NCBI GenBank assembly: GCA_965197905.1
Contig: CBDAOB010000002.1
Coordinates: 96,001 to 160,000 of the forward strand
Direction: 5' to 3'
DNA from: Candidatus Latescibacterota bacterium
GTDB lineage: Bacteria; Latescibacterota; UBA2968; UBA8231
DNA: 64,000 bases
Numbering within the stretch: position 1 is the stretch's first letter; every line of letters begins with the position of its first letter. Shown here one piece after another: positions 40,630 to 51,131 of this stretch. Position numbers and translations under genes: made by a program. Under the pieces are notes generated by a model that did not search any database, was not told the origin of the DNA, and saw only the letters and a program-made list of their open reading frames with translations.

Positions 40630-41421
40630 TCACTCTAAACACTTTCTGGCCTGCGTGCAGAAGTAACAACGTGGGTTAGTACACAGAAGCGCGTCCATCC
40701 TGTTCTCCAGGATCTCCATGGTCGTCTCGATAACATCCAGTCCTTTCACCAGCTGGCATTTGGCCTGGCCGATCTTGAAGTCCCGGATCATCCCTTTCTC
40801 TCTAAGTGGCGCCTCGATCATGCCGAAGCCAGTGCTGCATCCCGGTTCATCGTTCAGGGAGAGCTCCACCAGATCGCCCGAGAGGGTTCGCACCTGCGCC
40901 GTCCGCGGCCAGGTGGGATCGAAGCGAACTCCGCGGTAAGCGGCTTGGGCGTACGCCTCGCCCACGTGCATGGTTGAGTCGGCGTCGTGTTTGACGCCGA
41001 GCAGGAGGATATACCCATCTTCGCGAGCGATCCGATCGATGGGTGATCCCACGCCGACGGATTCCGCCCGCCAATGTTCCCGTGTCAACGGCTCGGCATC
41101 CTTGCCGATGGCCGCCACCGAGTAGTTGGGGTGGAGGCTGCGAATTGCCTCCGGTCTCTGGCGTAGGGTCTCCGTCACGATTCCACATTGCGATGGAACC
41201 TGATTCGGATCGAAGAGATCCAGCCCCCCGAGGGTGTAGTTGAAGGTGGGCACCATCAAGGTTCCGTCGTCGCCAATGACCTCGAGTATGGCATCTACCA
41301 CCGTATCGGCGCCGTGTTCCACCCGCCCCAGGCTATGCAGCGAGCTGTGCATCAGCAGCAGACGGAGCTCCCCGATGGCGGCATCGTTCAATGCACCTAC
41401 GAGATCCTGTCTTCTCAGCAA
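40630..41421 (-). CDS. AAC(3)/YokD-family N-acetyltransferase
   Basis: LMHSSL, GTLMVPTF, RSLHPNYSVAAIG, LLLGV, STMHVGE. Confidence 0.88.
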   Translation of the reverse strand: MLRRQDLVGALNDAAIGELRLLLMHSSLHSLGRVEHGADTVVDAILEVIGDDGTLMVPTFNYTLGGLDLFDPNQVPSQCGIVTETLRQRPEAIRSLHPNYSVAAIGKDAEPLTREHWRAESVGVGSPIDRIAREDGYILLLGVKHDADSTMHVGEAYAQAAYRGVRFDPTWPRTAQVRTLSGDLVELSLNDEPGCSTGFGMIEAPLREKGMIRDFKIGQAKCQLVKGLDVIETTMEILENRMDALLCTNPRCYFCTQARKCLE

Positions 41422-41705
41422 GATGGGTTTCCCCCCAAGAATCCGCTCGATGTCTGCGATCGCCTTGCAGTTCCTGGCAAGCTATCGAAGCATCTGATGT
41501 TGTGGACAGTAGCCATTCTTGAGCCTTTACTAAGTGTGCCCGAAAATACCTAGACATGAAGGAACCGGGTTGAGGACAAGACGATTCGTCGGAAATATAA
41601 CCGGTGCGGCCGGAGCTGTCTCAATACGGCCCGCCGTGTTTGTTACCGAAGGTGTGAAAAAAACCAAGTTTCTTTCGTATCTCGCGCCCAAAGAGGAGAG
41701 CATCC

Positions 41706-43034
41706 ATGGCCAAACAGGCAGCATCCAGAAGAGCAGTTGGGGTACGCAAAGTCGAGCTCAGCGACCATCGCCACATTGTCGTTCACCGAGACGAGGAGAT
41801 GTACCTCTATGCCACCAACCGGGGCGGCATCTGGAACTTCGGTGACGGTGAGATCGCCGTGGCTTACCTGGCGGTGCCCATGGGCCACGACGTCATGGAG
41901 GGAGGGAAGCGGCACTGCGGCGGCCCCCGCAGCACATGGGGTCATCACGAGCGCTGGGGGGGCGAATCGGGCGTCATCATCAGCCGCTCGTTCGACAGCG
42001 GTGAGACGTGGCGGGACGAGGAGCGTCAATGGATCTGGAACAACGACCGCACGACCGATGAGATTCTCGACTGGCTGCGGCCGCGACCCCGTTCGGAGCG
42101 CGAGGAGATCGATCTGGGAGAGAGGAACTCCATTATCCACTTCTGCCACGGGACCTATCTCAAACCTCCCATCGGCGGCGTCGGACGAGAGGACGACCAC
42201 TTCGACCTGGGTCACCGGCAACACCGGCCGACGCTCTCGCTGCGCAGCAGGGATCGCGGACGCACGTGGGAGAAGTATGCGACCCTCATCGACAACCCAT
42301 CCTGGGCCCCTGACGGCGGGTACCTGGGAACGAACCTAGGATACGTGCGCTTCGACAACGGTGTTCTCGGCCACACCGGCGCCATCTACTGGCGGCACGC
42401 CCAGTTATTTTACGTCAGCTACGACAACGGCATATCCTGGGAGTACTGCAGCGAGGTGGCCAGAGTCAGCAGCCACCTCACCCGTTCCGCACCCGGCGAG
42501 GAAGGTGTCGGGTACAACTACTCCGGTGTGCACAGGCTGCCGGACGGGCGGCTGATGGTATCCATGCACAAGCATCCTCCGGAAATGCCTTGTGTCGCTT
42601 TTTCCGAGGATGACGGCATGACCTGGTCGCAACCCCGCTTCGTGACCAGCCCGGGCAATCACTGGGGCAACATGCGCGATCCCGAGCCCGAGCGTCCGCT
42701 GAGCGATCCGGTTCGTGCCAACCGACGCCGCTGCCCGTCGGCCCTGGTGACTCGGGACGGCCGCATCGTCATTCTGTTCGCGCGGCGTACCGCCAGCTTG
42801 GGCAACCGCGGCATCATGGGCGTAGTGAGCGAGGATCTGGGAGAGACGTGGAGCGAGGAATTCGTCGTGCGGGGCGACGCCTACGGCTGGGACATGGGCT
42901 ATCAGGTACTCACCGAGCTCAACGATGGCCGCATATTCACCGCCTACTGGTTCGGCGCCAAGGACCAGGACGAGCCGATCGAGGAGAGCCAGGTCGTGCG
43001 CCACATCGCCGGCACGTTCTTCAGACTGGACTGA
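41706..43034 (+). CDS. BNR/Asp-box beta-propeller (sialidase-like) protein
   Basis: Five Asp-boxes: SFDSGETW, SRDRGRTW, SYDNGISW, SEDDGMTW, SEDLGETW. Confidence 0.85.
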   Translation: MAKQAASRRAVGVRKVELSDHRHIVVHRDEEMYLYATNRGGIWNFGDGEIAVAYLAVPMGHDVMEGGKRHCGGPRSTWGHHERWGGESGVIISRSFDSGETWRDEERQWIWNNDRTTDEILDWLRPRPRSEREEIDLGERNSIIHFCHGTYLKPPIGGVGREDDHFDLGHRQHRPTLSLRSRDRGRTWEKYATLIDNPSWAPDGGYLGTNLGYVRFDNGVLGHTGAIYWRHAQLFYVSYDNGISWEYCSEVARVSSHLTRSAPGEEGVGYNYSGVHRLPDGRLMVSMHKHPPEMPCVAFSEDDGMTWSQPRFVTSPGNHWGNMRDPEPERPLSDPVRANRRRCPSALVTRDGRIVILFARRTASLGNRGIMGVVSEDLGETWSEEFVVRGDAYGWDMGYQVLTELNDGRIFTAYWFGAKDQDEPIEESQVVRHIAGTFFRLD

Positions 43035-43053
43035 GGTGAGCCTCTAAAAACTT

Positions 43054-43935
43054 CTAGCGCACGAGCTCTCCGAAGAGCTCCGGCCGACGCGTTCGCAGGG
43101 TGTAGTTCGGGAGGCTGCGAGCCTTCGACAGCAGGCTCGTATCGAGGTCATCGACGATCATCTCATCGCGGATGCGCTCAAGCTGGGCGTGTTTCAGTAA
43201 CGCGCCACTGGGCGCTATGATGAGAGCTCCGCCGGGATGGTGTGGCTGGTTCTGATGGTCTCTTGGCAGGGAGTCAACGTATCCGGCTCGACCCGCCTGA
43301 TCGGCAAAGACGCAGAAACAGGCAGTCTCGCGGGCGCGCATGCGATAGCTGCTGGTGAAAAAATCGAACACTCTTTCCCGTGCAGCCGCCTCCGATTCGG
43401 GCGTGTCGTCCCAGTGTGCCTCACGGGCGGCGTGAGGCATCAGAATGACATCCGCGCCTTTCAATGCCGCGACCCGAGCGATTTCCGGGAACTGGTTATC
43501 GTAACAGATCACGATGCCGACCTTGCATTTGCCGACGTCGAAAACAGATATCTCCCGACCGCCTTTATAGAAAAACCCTTCGTCGCGCGACATATGCAGC
43601 TTGCGCTGCTTGCCGATATATCCGTCAGGTCCCAGGAGGACCATCGTGTTGTAGACGATGTCGGCTTCTTTCTCGCTCATGCCTGCGCATAGGAAAAGGC
43701 GGAATTGCCGGGCAAGATCCGCCAGTCGAGCGGTGCTCGGGCCCTCGGGTACAGGCTCGGCAAGTTCCCAGGTGTTTGGTGTGCAATGACCGTGCACGAT
43801 TAGCTCTGGAAAAAGGATCAACTCGGCGTTCTCACTCGCCGCCTGCTCGCAGAAATCGGCTATCCGAGCCAGTACCTGATCTTGCTTGTTGAACTCGCCG
43901 TTCATGCTGACGGCGGCAACACGTATCGTCTGCAT
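43054..43935 (-). CDS. Carbon-nitrogen hydrolase (nitrilase superfamily)
   Basis: Catalytic triad motifs FPE, QRKLH, ICYD. Confidence 0.9.
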   Translation of the reverse strand: MQTIRVAAVSMNGEFNKQDQVLARIADFCEQAASENAELILFPELIVHGHCTPNTWELAEPVPEGPSTARLADLARQFRLFLCAGMSEKEADIVYNTMVLLGPDGYIGKQRKLHMSRDEGFFYKGGREISVFDVGKCKVGIVICYDNQFPEIARVAALKGADVILMPHAAREAHWDDTPESEAAARERVFDFFTSSYRMRARETACFCVFADQAGRAGYVDSLPRDHQNQPHHPGGALIIAPSGALLKHAQLERIRDEMIVDDLDTSLLSKARSLPNYTLRTRRPELFGELVR

Positions 43936-44142
43936 TGTCCAGTCCTTGCCTTTCTCGAGACCAGTTGAGCTGGCAATCGAACGGTTCTGTACTGTGCATG
44001 TCTCCAGAGCTGATCCGAGCTTCTGGCGCAGGCAGGATAAACGCCTTGATCGATAGTTCGGTCAAGGGAGAGCTTGACCCCACCTCCCATAACGCGGTGT
44101 ATTTGACCAAACACCCGGCTAAGAGACGGAGAACGGACGCGC

Positions 44143-45015
44143 ATGAAACTCAAAGTGGCCACGTGCCAATTCCCGTTGGAAGCGAACCTCGAACACAATC
44201 TCGGTTTCGTGCTGCGGCAGATGAAATCGGCCAAAAGGCGGGGCGCCCATGTGGCGCATTTTTCCGAGACGTCTCTGCCCGGCTACGCCGGAGTCGACAT
44301 CAAGTCCATGGTGCGCTTTGACTGGAATCGACTGCATGAAGCCCACCTGCAGGTGGCAGAGCTTGCCCGGGAGTTGAAACTGTGGGTGGTCGTCGGCTCA
44401 GCACACCGTTTGTCCGGCCGTCACAAACCGCACAACAGCCTCTACATCATCAACGACCAAGGCCGTCTGGTCGAGCGCTACGACAAGATGTTCTGCGTCG
44501 GTGCCCACAGGGGTATAACCAATGATCTGCAACACTACACGCCCGGCTCGCATTTTTGTGTATTCGAGATCAGGGGAGTGCGGTGTGGAGCGCAGATCTG
44601 CCACGATTTTCGCTATGGCGAGCTATATCGCCAGTACAAGAAGCGCGGCGTCGAATTGATGTTTCACTCTTTCCACAATGCGCGCATGTCGGCGGCCAGG
44701 CTACGGCGCCTGAATATCTGGGGCATCATCGTTCCGGCGAGCATACAGTCTTAGGCGGCCAACAACTATATGTGGATCAGCACCCCCAACAGTTCAAAGT
44801 CGCCCTGTGCCTGGGGCAGTTTCGTCGCGCGCCCCGATGGTGTCATCACGGGGAAACTGAAAAACGCCCGCCCCGGGGTTCTAGTGACCGAAGTCAATAC
44901 GAAAGCAAAATTCTTCGATGCCTCAGAGCATTGGCGCGACCGGGCCATCCAGGGAGTCTACCACAGCGGCGATCTGGTTCGCGATCCGCGCAGTTCACGA
45001 CGCAAAACCTTTTGA
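44143..45015 (+). pseudogene. Carbon-nitrogen hydrolase with an in-frame TAG at 44752-44754
   Basis: FSETSL, YDKMF, ICHD; the same frame continues after the stop as AANNYMWIS...ARPDG to 45015. Confidence 0.8.
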
Positions 45016-45118
45016 CCACATATCACCGACGCAGCGGTAGCGTCGGCGATTCGGACCTCGAACACCGCGACGTTCAACGATGCCATAGACACCTTCGATC
45101 ACGACCCGAAGGCAGCGA

Positions 45119-47617
45119 TCAGTGTGGCACGCCCAACCTGTGCATGCGCTTGTGGATCGCTTCCTGCGCCTGCAGGAATGGCCGCTCGAGATACTCCTGA
45201 TGATCGGGTTCCCCGTGGTGATGGGTTGCCGTCCCCACCTCGTGTTGGCGACTGGTGTTGCGGATGTACTCGATACAGCCATCCACGAGAGTCAGCATGT
45301 AGGTCGCCGTCTCCTGGTCGAACATCCACCATTCACCCCCGCAGGCGATATAGACCGGCGAGGTGTGAGCGAAGATGCCGCGCCCCCAACCATCGTAGTG
45401 CGGAATCGACTCGTACCGGGGGCCGGCCACACGGGCGGCAAGCCACGAATGCCCTTCGACCTTCACCTTTGCTTTCAGGTTGAGTTTGCGCGCTCCCGCT
45501 GGCTCTGACGCTTCGGCCACCACCCGTCCCTCCTGCACCACCTGCAGACAGTGAATCGGGAAAATACACTCGGTCTCCGCCTCGACTTCGACCGTGCCGC
45601 CGTTCCCCGGTAGCGCGATTGTATCTCCGATCTCGTTGCCGTCGACGGAGAACTTGAGCATTGGTCCGCCGCTGTGCACGGTGCGGCCGGCCGTCACCGC
45701 TTGGCACCAGGTGTTGTAGTTGAACTCCTCGCCATCGGCGAGCCTGGCGTAGGTACGGTAGATGCCCACCGGCACGTCGCTGGACATCTTGTCGGTGCCG
45801 CCCACCAGCGGCAGCTTGTATCCGCAGTTCAGATAGCGGTAGTACTCGTGATGGTTGAACTCGGCGTGGCGCAACATCTCCACGGCATCGGCGCGGCCCG
45901 TGGCGATCAAAGCCGCGGGTTCGCCATTCGGACTTGGCAGGTGCGGAATCACTACGGTGCCCCCCTGCGCGTGGGTCTGGTCCGCCCAATCGGACATCGT
46001 CACCTCTAGGGTGCCCCCCATCTCCGCTTCGCTCGGGCCGTCGGAACACCACGGCATCACCGGCTCCTTCAACCCCCACAGGATCAGGTGCCCGAGGAAA
46101 TGCTGGCGATTCTCCTGGGAGACATAGACAATGCTCCTGCCGTCGTCGGAGACACTGGGGCCACCGGTGAACTCCTGTTTGTCGGTGAACAGGGTGCCCC
46201 ACTGCGACTGCAGCATATTGACGACGTTGAGGTCTTCCCCGTTGGCTTCGGTGTGGCTGCCTTGCGCCGACAGAAAATGCACGTGTGAGTCACCGCTGTA
46301 CCAACCGTCTTCGGCCATGTGACACCAGCGCTTCAGCCTCAACTCCAGCTCGCGCTGCCCATCGGCGATGCTGAGCTTCTGCCGGATCGGCTCATATTCG
46401 AAGCCACGGGCCAAGTCGACAATCACCTCCCCGCGGGGAAGCCATCCCTGGCAGGTGCCGTCGATGTAGGCGTACGACGCCTGCCCCAGCCGCATATCGC
46501 CGCCGACGTCGAAGTGCCAGGTGCCGTTGTTCGAGTTCACGTGCGCGTGATGGCCGTGGGGCGCATAGGCGACGCCTCTCGGGGAGCGAAAATGAATACG
46601 GCACGGCACCGGTTTTCCCGTGTCGTCGTCGACCACCTTCGTGTGCACCCAGTTGCGCCCGGTGTCGACCACCTCGACCTTGACGCGGGAACCCGACTCC
46701 GCCTTCCCTTTCTCCAGCACCTCACCCCAGTTCACCGCGCCCAGCTTTTCGCCAGAGTGTTTGACCGTCACCGTCGCCGAGGGCGAGGCGGCGATCTCCA
46801 CCTGTGACGGGCTGCTCTTTTCGTTCTGTGGTTCGCCAAAGCCTTTGTGATCGTCGTTGACGAATTCGTCCGCCGTCATCTCGGGCAGCGGATAGGCATA
46901 GGTCGCCACGCCGCGATCAACCTCCACCTCGAGATCGAACGGCTTGTCAGCGTCCTCGGACTTGGGCAGCGTGATGACAACGTCACGCAGACCTTCGCGG
47001 CAGATCGGATCTTCGTCGACGCTGCTCAGGGTGATGCCACCGATCGCCACCACGCGTGCGCCCGGCCGTATCTCGACCGACTCTAGCTGCTGGTCGGGGG
47101 AGGGGTTCTTCCACGGCCACAGCACGAACCACCGAGCCGCCCCGCGCGCCACCTCCATTTGGCGTCGCCCGGCATCGGACCAGCGGCCTTCCCAGCGCGG
47201 CGGCAATGCATCGCCAAAGTCGGGAAAAGCCAGAAACGGTGAGCCGCCATCGGGCGGCACCGTGCAGATCTCGAATCGCTCTCTCAACTTCACGGAGTGG
47301 GATTCGCCACCGCCGAGGTGAAAGACATACTCGCCCACTTCCTCACCTACGGGTCCCCCCTTCGAGATCCGCGACTCCAGCAATCGGTGTGCGAAAATGA
47401 CATGGGTCGCCCTTTGCCAGATAGCGATCGAAACCGGATCTGATCCGTGTCCCGGCCCAACAGCGACCACGCATCCGTCGCTGCTCGCTCCCGATCCTCC
47501 GATGGAGAAAGGCAACCCTTGGAAGGTTTGTTCACCTACCGGAAAATCATCGGCTCCGAAGATGCTGGAGCCGGCATTCCGCACGCCCGCGATGTCGACT
47601 GTAGAGTACGCTGCCAT
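45119..47617 (-). CDS. CehA/McbA-family (PHP-like) metallohydrolase
   Basis: LARGFEY, WYSGDSHVH, QENRQHFLGHL, YYRYLNCG, GGTD, AHTSPVY. Confidence 0.85.
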   Translation of the reverse strand: MAAYSTVDIAGVRNAGSSIFGADDFPVGEQTFQGLPFSIGGSGASSDGCVVAVGPGHGSDPVSIAIWQRATHVIFAHRLLESRISKGGPVGEEVGEYVFHLGGGESHSVKLRERFEICTVPPDGGSPFLAFPDFGDALPPRWEGRWSDAGRRQMEVARGAARWFVLWPWKNPSPDQQLESVEIRPGARVVAIGGITLSSVDEDPICREGLRDVVITLPKSEDADKPFDLEVEVDRGVATYAYPLPEMTADEFVNDDHKGFGEPQNEKSSPSQVEIAASPSATVTVKHSGEKLGAVNWGEVLEKGKAESGSRVKVEVVDTGRNWVHTKVVDDDTGKPVPCRIHFRSPRGVAYAPHGHHAHVNSNNGTWHFDVGGDMRLGQASYAYIDGTCQGWLPRGEVIVDLARGFEYEPIRQKLSIADGQRELELRLKRWCHMAEDGWYSGDSHVHFLSAQGSHTEANGEDLNVVNMLQSQWGTLFTDKQEFTGGPSVSDDGRSIVYVSQENRQHFLGHLILWGLKEPVMPWCSDGPSEAEMGGTLEVTMSDWADQTHAQGGTVVIPHLPSPNGEPAALIATGRADAVEMLRHAEFNHHEYYRYLNCGYKLPLVGGTDKMSSDVPVGIYRTYARLADGEEFNYNTWCQAVTAGRTVHSGGPMLKFSVDGNEIGDTIALPGNGGTVEVEAETECIFPIHCLQVVQEGRVVAEASEPAGARKLNLKAKVKVEGHSWLAARVAGPRYESIPHYDGWGRGIFAHTSPVYIACGGEWWMFDQETATYMLTLVDGCIEYIRNTSRQHEVGTATHHHGEPDHQEYLERPFLQAQEAIHKRMHRLGVPH

Positions 47618-47729
47618 CTGTTTTTCCCTCCCGGCGACGTCCAGCGCCGGTTTGGTTACATTGTGGGGCTGTTGGTGCGAAGAATATATCTACTAGTGCA
47701 GCCCCCACCAAGCAGGAGCGAGCAAACTG

Positions 47730-49340
47730 ATGAACGAAGCGAGAAAACAGGCGCGCTGGCGCAAACGGCGCATCATCTACAACAACGATGGCGACGACGC
47801 CGTCTTCGCGCGCACCGGGCAAGAGCTCGAACACGACGCCGCTGAGGGTCTGACCGTGCGCACGGAGGGTGAGCTCCTCGATGATTTCCTCAACGCCCGG
47901 AACACGCCTTTGGTAGGGTCGCAGGTGGATAGCAACTGGTATTGCAGCTGTATGGCCGGACTCACTTTTTCGCACCAAACGAAATTGGGCGGCTTCTATG
48001 GCAAGGAGATGCCGCTGGAGCTGATCGAAAAATACGGGCGCGACACCCTGCAGATTCACACCGACTTCAGCCACGAGCACGGCATGGAGGCCTTCTGGTC
48101 GCTGCGCATGAACGACGCCCACGACGCCTACGCCGCGGAACAGCGCCGCTGGGACTACGGTCTGTCGCCGTTCAAGCGCGATCATCCCGAGCTCCTCATG
48201 GGCGAGCCCGGCGACGACAGCGGTTATTGGTCGTCCCTCGACTTTGGTTTCCCCGAGGTTCGGGAGCACGTTTTTTCTAACATTGCCGAGGTGGCGCGAA
48301 ATTACGACGTGGAAGGCATGGAGATGGACTTTTTCCGGCACCACCCGTATTTCCGACCGACACTGGATATGCAACCGGTGGAGCAGCAACATCTTGACAT
48401 GATGAGCGATCTGGTTCGTCGCGTCCGGAAGCTGGCTGACGAAGTGAGCGCGCAGCGAGGACGGCCGTTTCTTTTGGCGGCACGCACGCCGTTCAACACT
48501 GCGGATGCGCGCTTCATCGGCGTCGACCTGGAGCAATGGCTCGAGGAGGAACTCCTCGACTTGCTGATTCCCGGCGGCGGCAGCGAGTCGTCCATGGGAG
48601 ACTCGTTCGCGGAGATCGTAAAGCTGGGCCACCAGCACGACGTACCCGTGTACCCCTGCATCGACTGGGCATTCTGGTGTCACTGGGTTTTCCTAGGCAT
48701 GTCCAAGGGCGAGCACCGGACCCGCGGGGAATGGCTTGAAACCCTGTACGGCGGCCAGCCGGAGCGCCTGGGAAAGCCGTCGTATATCCCGGTGCTCAAC
48801 AACTGGAAAAGCACGAGGGCGGCGTGGCGCGGCGCCGCCATGAACATGTTCAACGCCGGCGCCGACGGTGTCTACATCTTCAATCCCGGGTTGGGTGATC
48901 CGGATGTCTGGTTTGAGATCGGGGATCCCGAAACCATGGCGGGCAAGGACAAGCTCTTTGGCATCGACGAGTTCAGCGACGGCTCGAGCTTCGGGCAGGT
49001 GCGCGAGGTGGAAATACCACGGGGCGAGCCGCTGGGTCTGCGTTTTCAGCTAGGTGAGGATCCGAACTCGAACGGCATTTCGGAGCTGCGTTTTCGCCTG
49101 CACCTGTGGGACGTCACGGACAAAGATAAACTGACGGTCAAGCTGAATGGGGCGGAGATGAACGGTCTGGCCCTGGGCGAAGAGCAGCACGGGACAAGAT
49201 CACGCTGGCTGGAAAGCGAGCTGCAGCCGGAACAGTTCAATAGGGGCGAAAACACAGTCGAACTGTTGCTGGAACGCCGGGACGAAGCGGCGCAAACATC
49301 GCCGGTGCTGGATAGCATTCAACTCTCCGTGCGTTATTGA
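47730..49340 (+). CDS. GHL10/DUF187-like TIM-barrel glycoside hydrolase-like protein, paralogue 1
   Basis: RRIIYNNDGDD, SLRMNDAHD, LDFGFPEVR, EGMEMDFFRH, GADGVYIFN. Confidence 0.75.
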   Translation: MNEARKQARWRKRRIIYNNDGDDAVFARTGQELEHDAAEGLTVRTEGELLDDFLNARNTPLVGSQVDSNWYCSCMAGLTFSHQTKLGGFYGKEMPLELIEKYGRDTLQIHTDFSHEHGMEAFWSLRMNDAHDAYAAEQRRWDYGLSPFKRDHPELLMGEPGDDSGYWSSLDFGFPEVREHVFSNIAEVARNYDVEGMEMDFFRHHPYFRPTLDMQPVEQQHLDMMSDLVRRVRKLADEVSAQRGRPFLLAARTPFNTADARFIGVDLEQWLEEELLDLLIPGGGSESSMGDSFAEIVKLGHQHDVPVYPCIDWAFWCHWVFLGMSKGEHRTRGEWLETLYGGQPERLGKPSYIPVLNNWKSTRAAWRGAAMNMFNAGADGVYIFNPGLGDPDVWFEIGDPETMAGKDKLFGIDEFSDGSSFGQVREVEIPRGEPLGLRFQLGEDPNSNGISELRFRLHLWDVTDKDKLTVKLNGAEMNGLALGEEQHGTRSRWLESELQPEQFNRGENTVELLLERRDEAAQTSPVLDSIQLSVRY

Positions 49341-49351
49341 AAGGCGACGCT

Positions 49352-50821
49352 ATGCAACACACCGACGAGTCGATCGTCTCTGACGAGTTGGTACTCAACT
49401 ACCACCTGATGCATCCCGGCGGCGACAGCGCGCCCGGAGACCCCAACCTCGCCTTCTGCCTGGACGGCACCTACCATCTCCATTACATCCTCCGTCACCC
49501 CTGGCGGGGCGAGTATTCTTACTCATTCGTCCACGTGACCAGCCCGGACATGTTGCACTGGTCATGGCAGCGCACCAAGCTGCAGCCCTCCTTCACCGGT
49601 CACGGAATGTTCAGCGGCACCGGATTCCTTACCAAGGAAGGGCGACCTGCGGCGATCTATTGCGGCGTGTCGGAGCCGGAGCACTCATATATAGCCATCG
49701 CCAGGGACAACAACCTGAGCAGCTGGGAAAAGCCGTACCCGGTGCTGCCGAAGGGGGGTCCCGATGACAAGGATGTTGGTTTACTCGGCGATCCCGATTG
49801 CTTCCGAGTCGGTGACACCTACTACGCGTATTCCGCTTCTGAAAACGTTCCGTTGTGCAAGTCCACCGACCTTGCGAGCTGGACCTACGTGGGGCCCTTC
49901 CTGCAACACGACATGCCCGATGTCACCATCGGCGAGGACATTTCCTGCGCCAACTTCCTTCAGCTCGACGGCAAATGGATGCTTCTGTGCATCAGTCATT
50001 TCGTCGGCTGCCGTTATTACATTGGCGACTGGGATGCTGAGGCGGAGCAGTTCCTTCCGCAGACCCACGGACGCATGAACTGGAGGCGTCCCGGCCAATC
50101 GCTGACGAAACCTTATTACCGCGATTTTTTTGCGCCCGAGAGCGTGCTCACGCCGGACGGTCGCCGCGTGATGTGGGCCTGGCTGCGCACACTCGATCCG
50201 GAGATCACCATGAAGATGGTCCAGTCGCTGCCGCGGGAGCTTAGCCTTCGCGACGACGGCTCCCTGCGGATCGAGCCATTGCGCGAGCTCGAATCGCTCC
50301 GCTACGACCCTCTCACCGTGAACGACGTTGTGCTGGCGCCACCCGACGAAGGGTACGACACCTCCGCAAAGATTGCCAACCTGGACGGCGACGCGTTCGA
50401 GGTGCGGATAACCATCGACCGCGCCGAGGCCGACCGCAAGCGCTTCGGAATTCAGCTGTTTGCCGATGACAACAACGAGGGACTGCAGATCATGATGCGG
50501 CCGGAGACCGGTACCCTCTGCGTCGGCGAAACCGAGGCGCCGTTTGCGGCAACCGATCTCCCGGAGGGGGAGGACCTGGAACTGCGAGTCTTCATCGACA
50601 AGTACTTGGTGGAGGTGTTCGCCAACGGTCGTCAGGCAGCCCTATCCGCCTATATGACGTACCGCGACGGCGGTAGCGAGATGAGAGTATACCTCTTTGG
50701 CCGCCGGCAGGACACGCCGCCGATCAAGATTCGCAGCGTGGAGCTCTGGAAGCTACGCCCCACCAACCAGGGTTTTCTTGAAGCTCGAGAGAACCGTATC
50801 TGGGCCCCCGATATCGACTGA
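49352..50821 (+). CDS. GH32 family five-bladed propeller glycoside hydrolase (atypical)
   Basis: GDPN, YHLHY, FSGT, GDPD, DGRRVMWAW, SLPREL, LRVFIDKYLVEVFAN. Confidence 0.82.
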   Translation: MQHTDESIVSDELVLNYHLMHPGGDSAPGDPNLAFCLDGTYHLHYILRHPWRGEYSYSFVHVTSPDMLHWSWQRTKLQPSFTGHGMFSGTGFLTKEGRPAAIYCGVSEPEHSYIAIARDNNLSSWEKPYPVLPKGGPDDKDVGLLGDPDCFRVGDTYYAYSASENVPLCKSTDLASWTYVGPFLQHDMPDVTIGEDISCANFLQLDGKWMLLCISHFVGCRYYIGDWDAEAEQFLPQTHGRMNWRRPGQSLTKPYYRDFFAPESVLTPDGRRVMWAWLRTLDPEITMKMVQSLPRELSLRDDGSLRIEPLRELESLRYDPLTVNDVVLAPPDEGYDTSAKIANLDGDAFEVRITIDRAEADRKRFGIQLFADDNNEGLQIMMRPETGTLCVGETEAPFAATDLPEGEDLELRVFIDKYLVEVFANGRQAALSAYMTYRDGGSEMRVYLFGRRQDTPPIKIRSVELWKLRPTNQGFLEARENRIWAPDID

Positions 50822-50915
50822 GGAGAGCGAGATATCTGATGTCCGCAACGATTGGGTTGTACGCAACGGCACTGGCCTCGTCTGCGAAACATCTCCACAT
50901 CTGAACGAGGACGCC

Positions 50916-51090
50916 ATGCAGATTACGGATCTCAAGGTTCATCTCGTGCAGTCGATTCGCGTGGCGAGATCCCCTCCCCGTGGGTTCTGGATCAGGTGTT
51001 TACGATGAGGGAGTAGTGGGTCTGGGGGACGCGACGAACTGGCCCGGCGGCGCGATCATCTTGAAGAGCATCGAGGAACTCGGCCGCTCT
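50916..51090 (+). pseudogene. Mandelate racemase/enolase-superfamily N-terminal remnant
   Basis: RBS GAGG, MQITDLKVHLV, then across frameshifts PWVL..VFT(D)EGVVGLGDATNWPGGAIILKSIEEL; ends before the next gene. Confidence 0.65.
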
Positions 51091-51131
51091 AGCGACAACG
51101 CGGTTTTATTTGGCCAAAAGGATCGAAAAGA

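Noticed and set aside
44752..44754. Genome-wide TAG recoding
   Set aside because: TAG ends several ordinary genes at their expected C-termini (e.g. 560, 17110, 18040)
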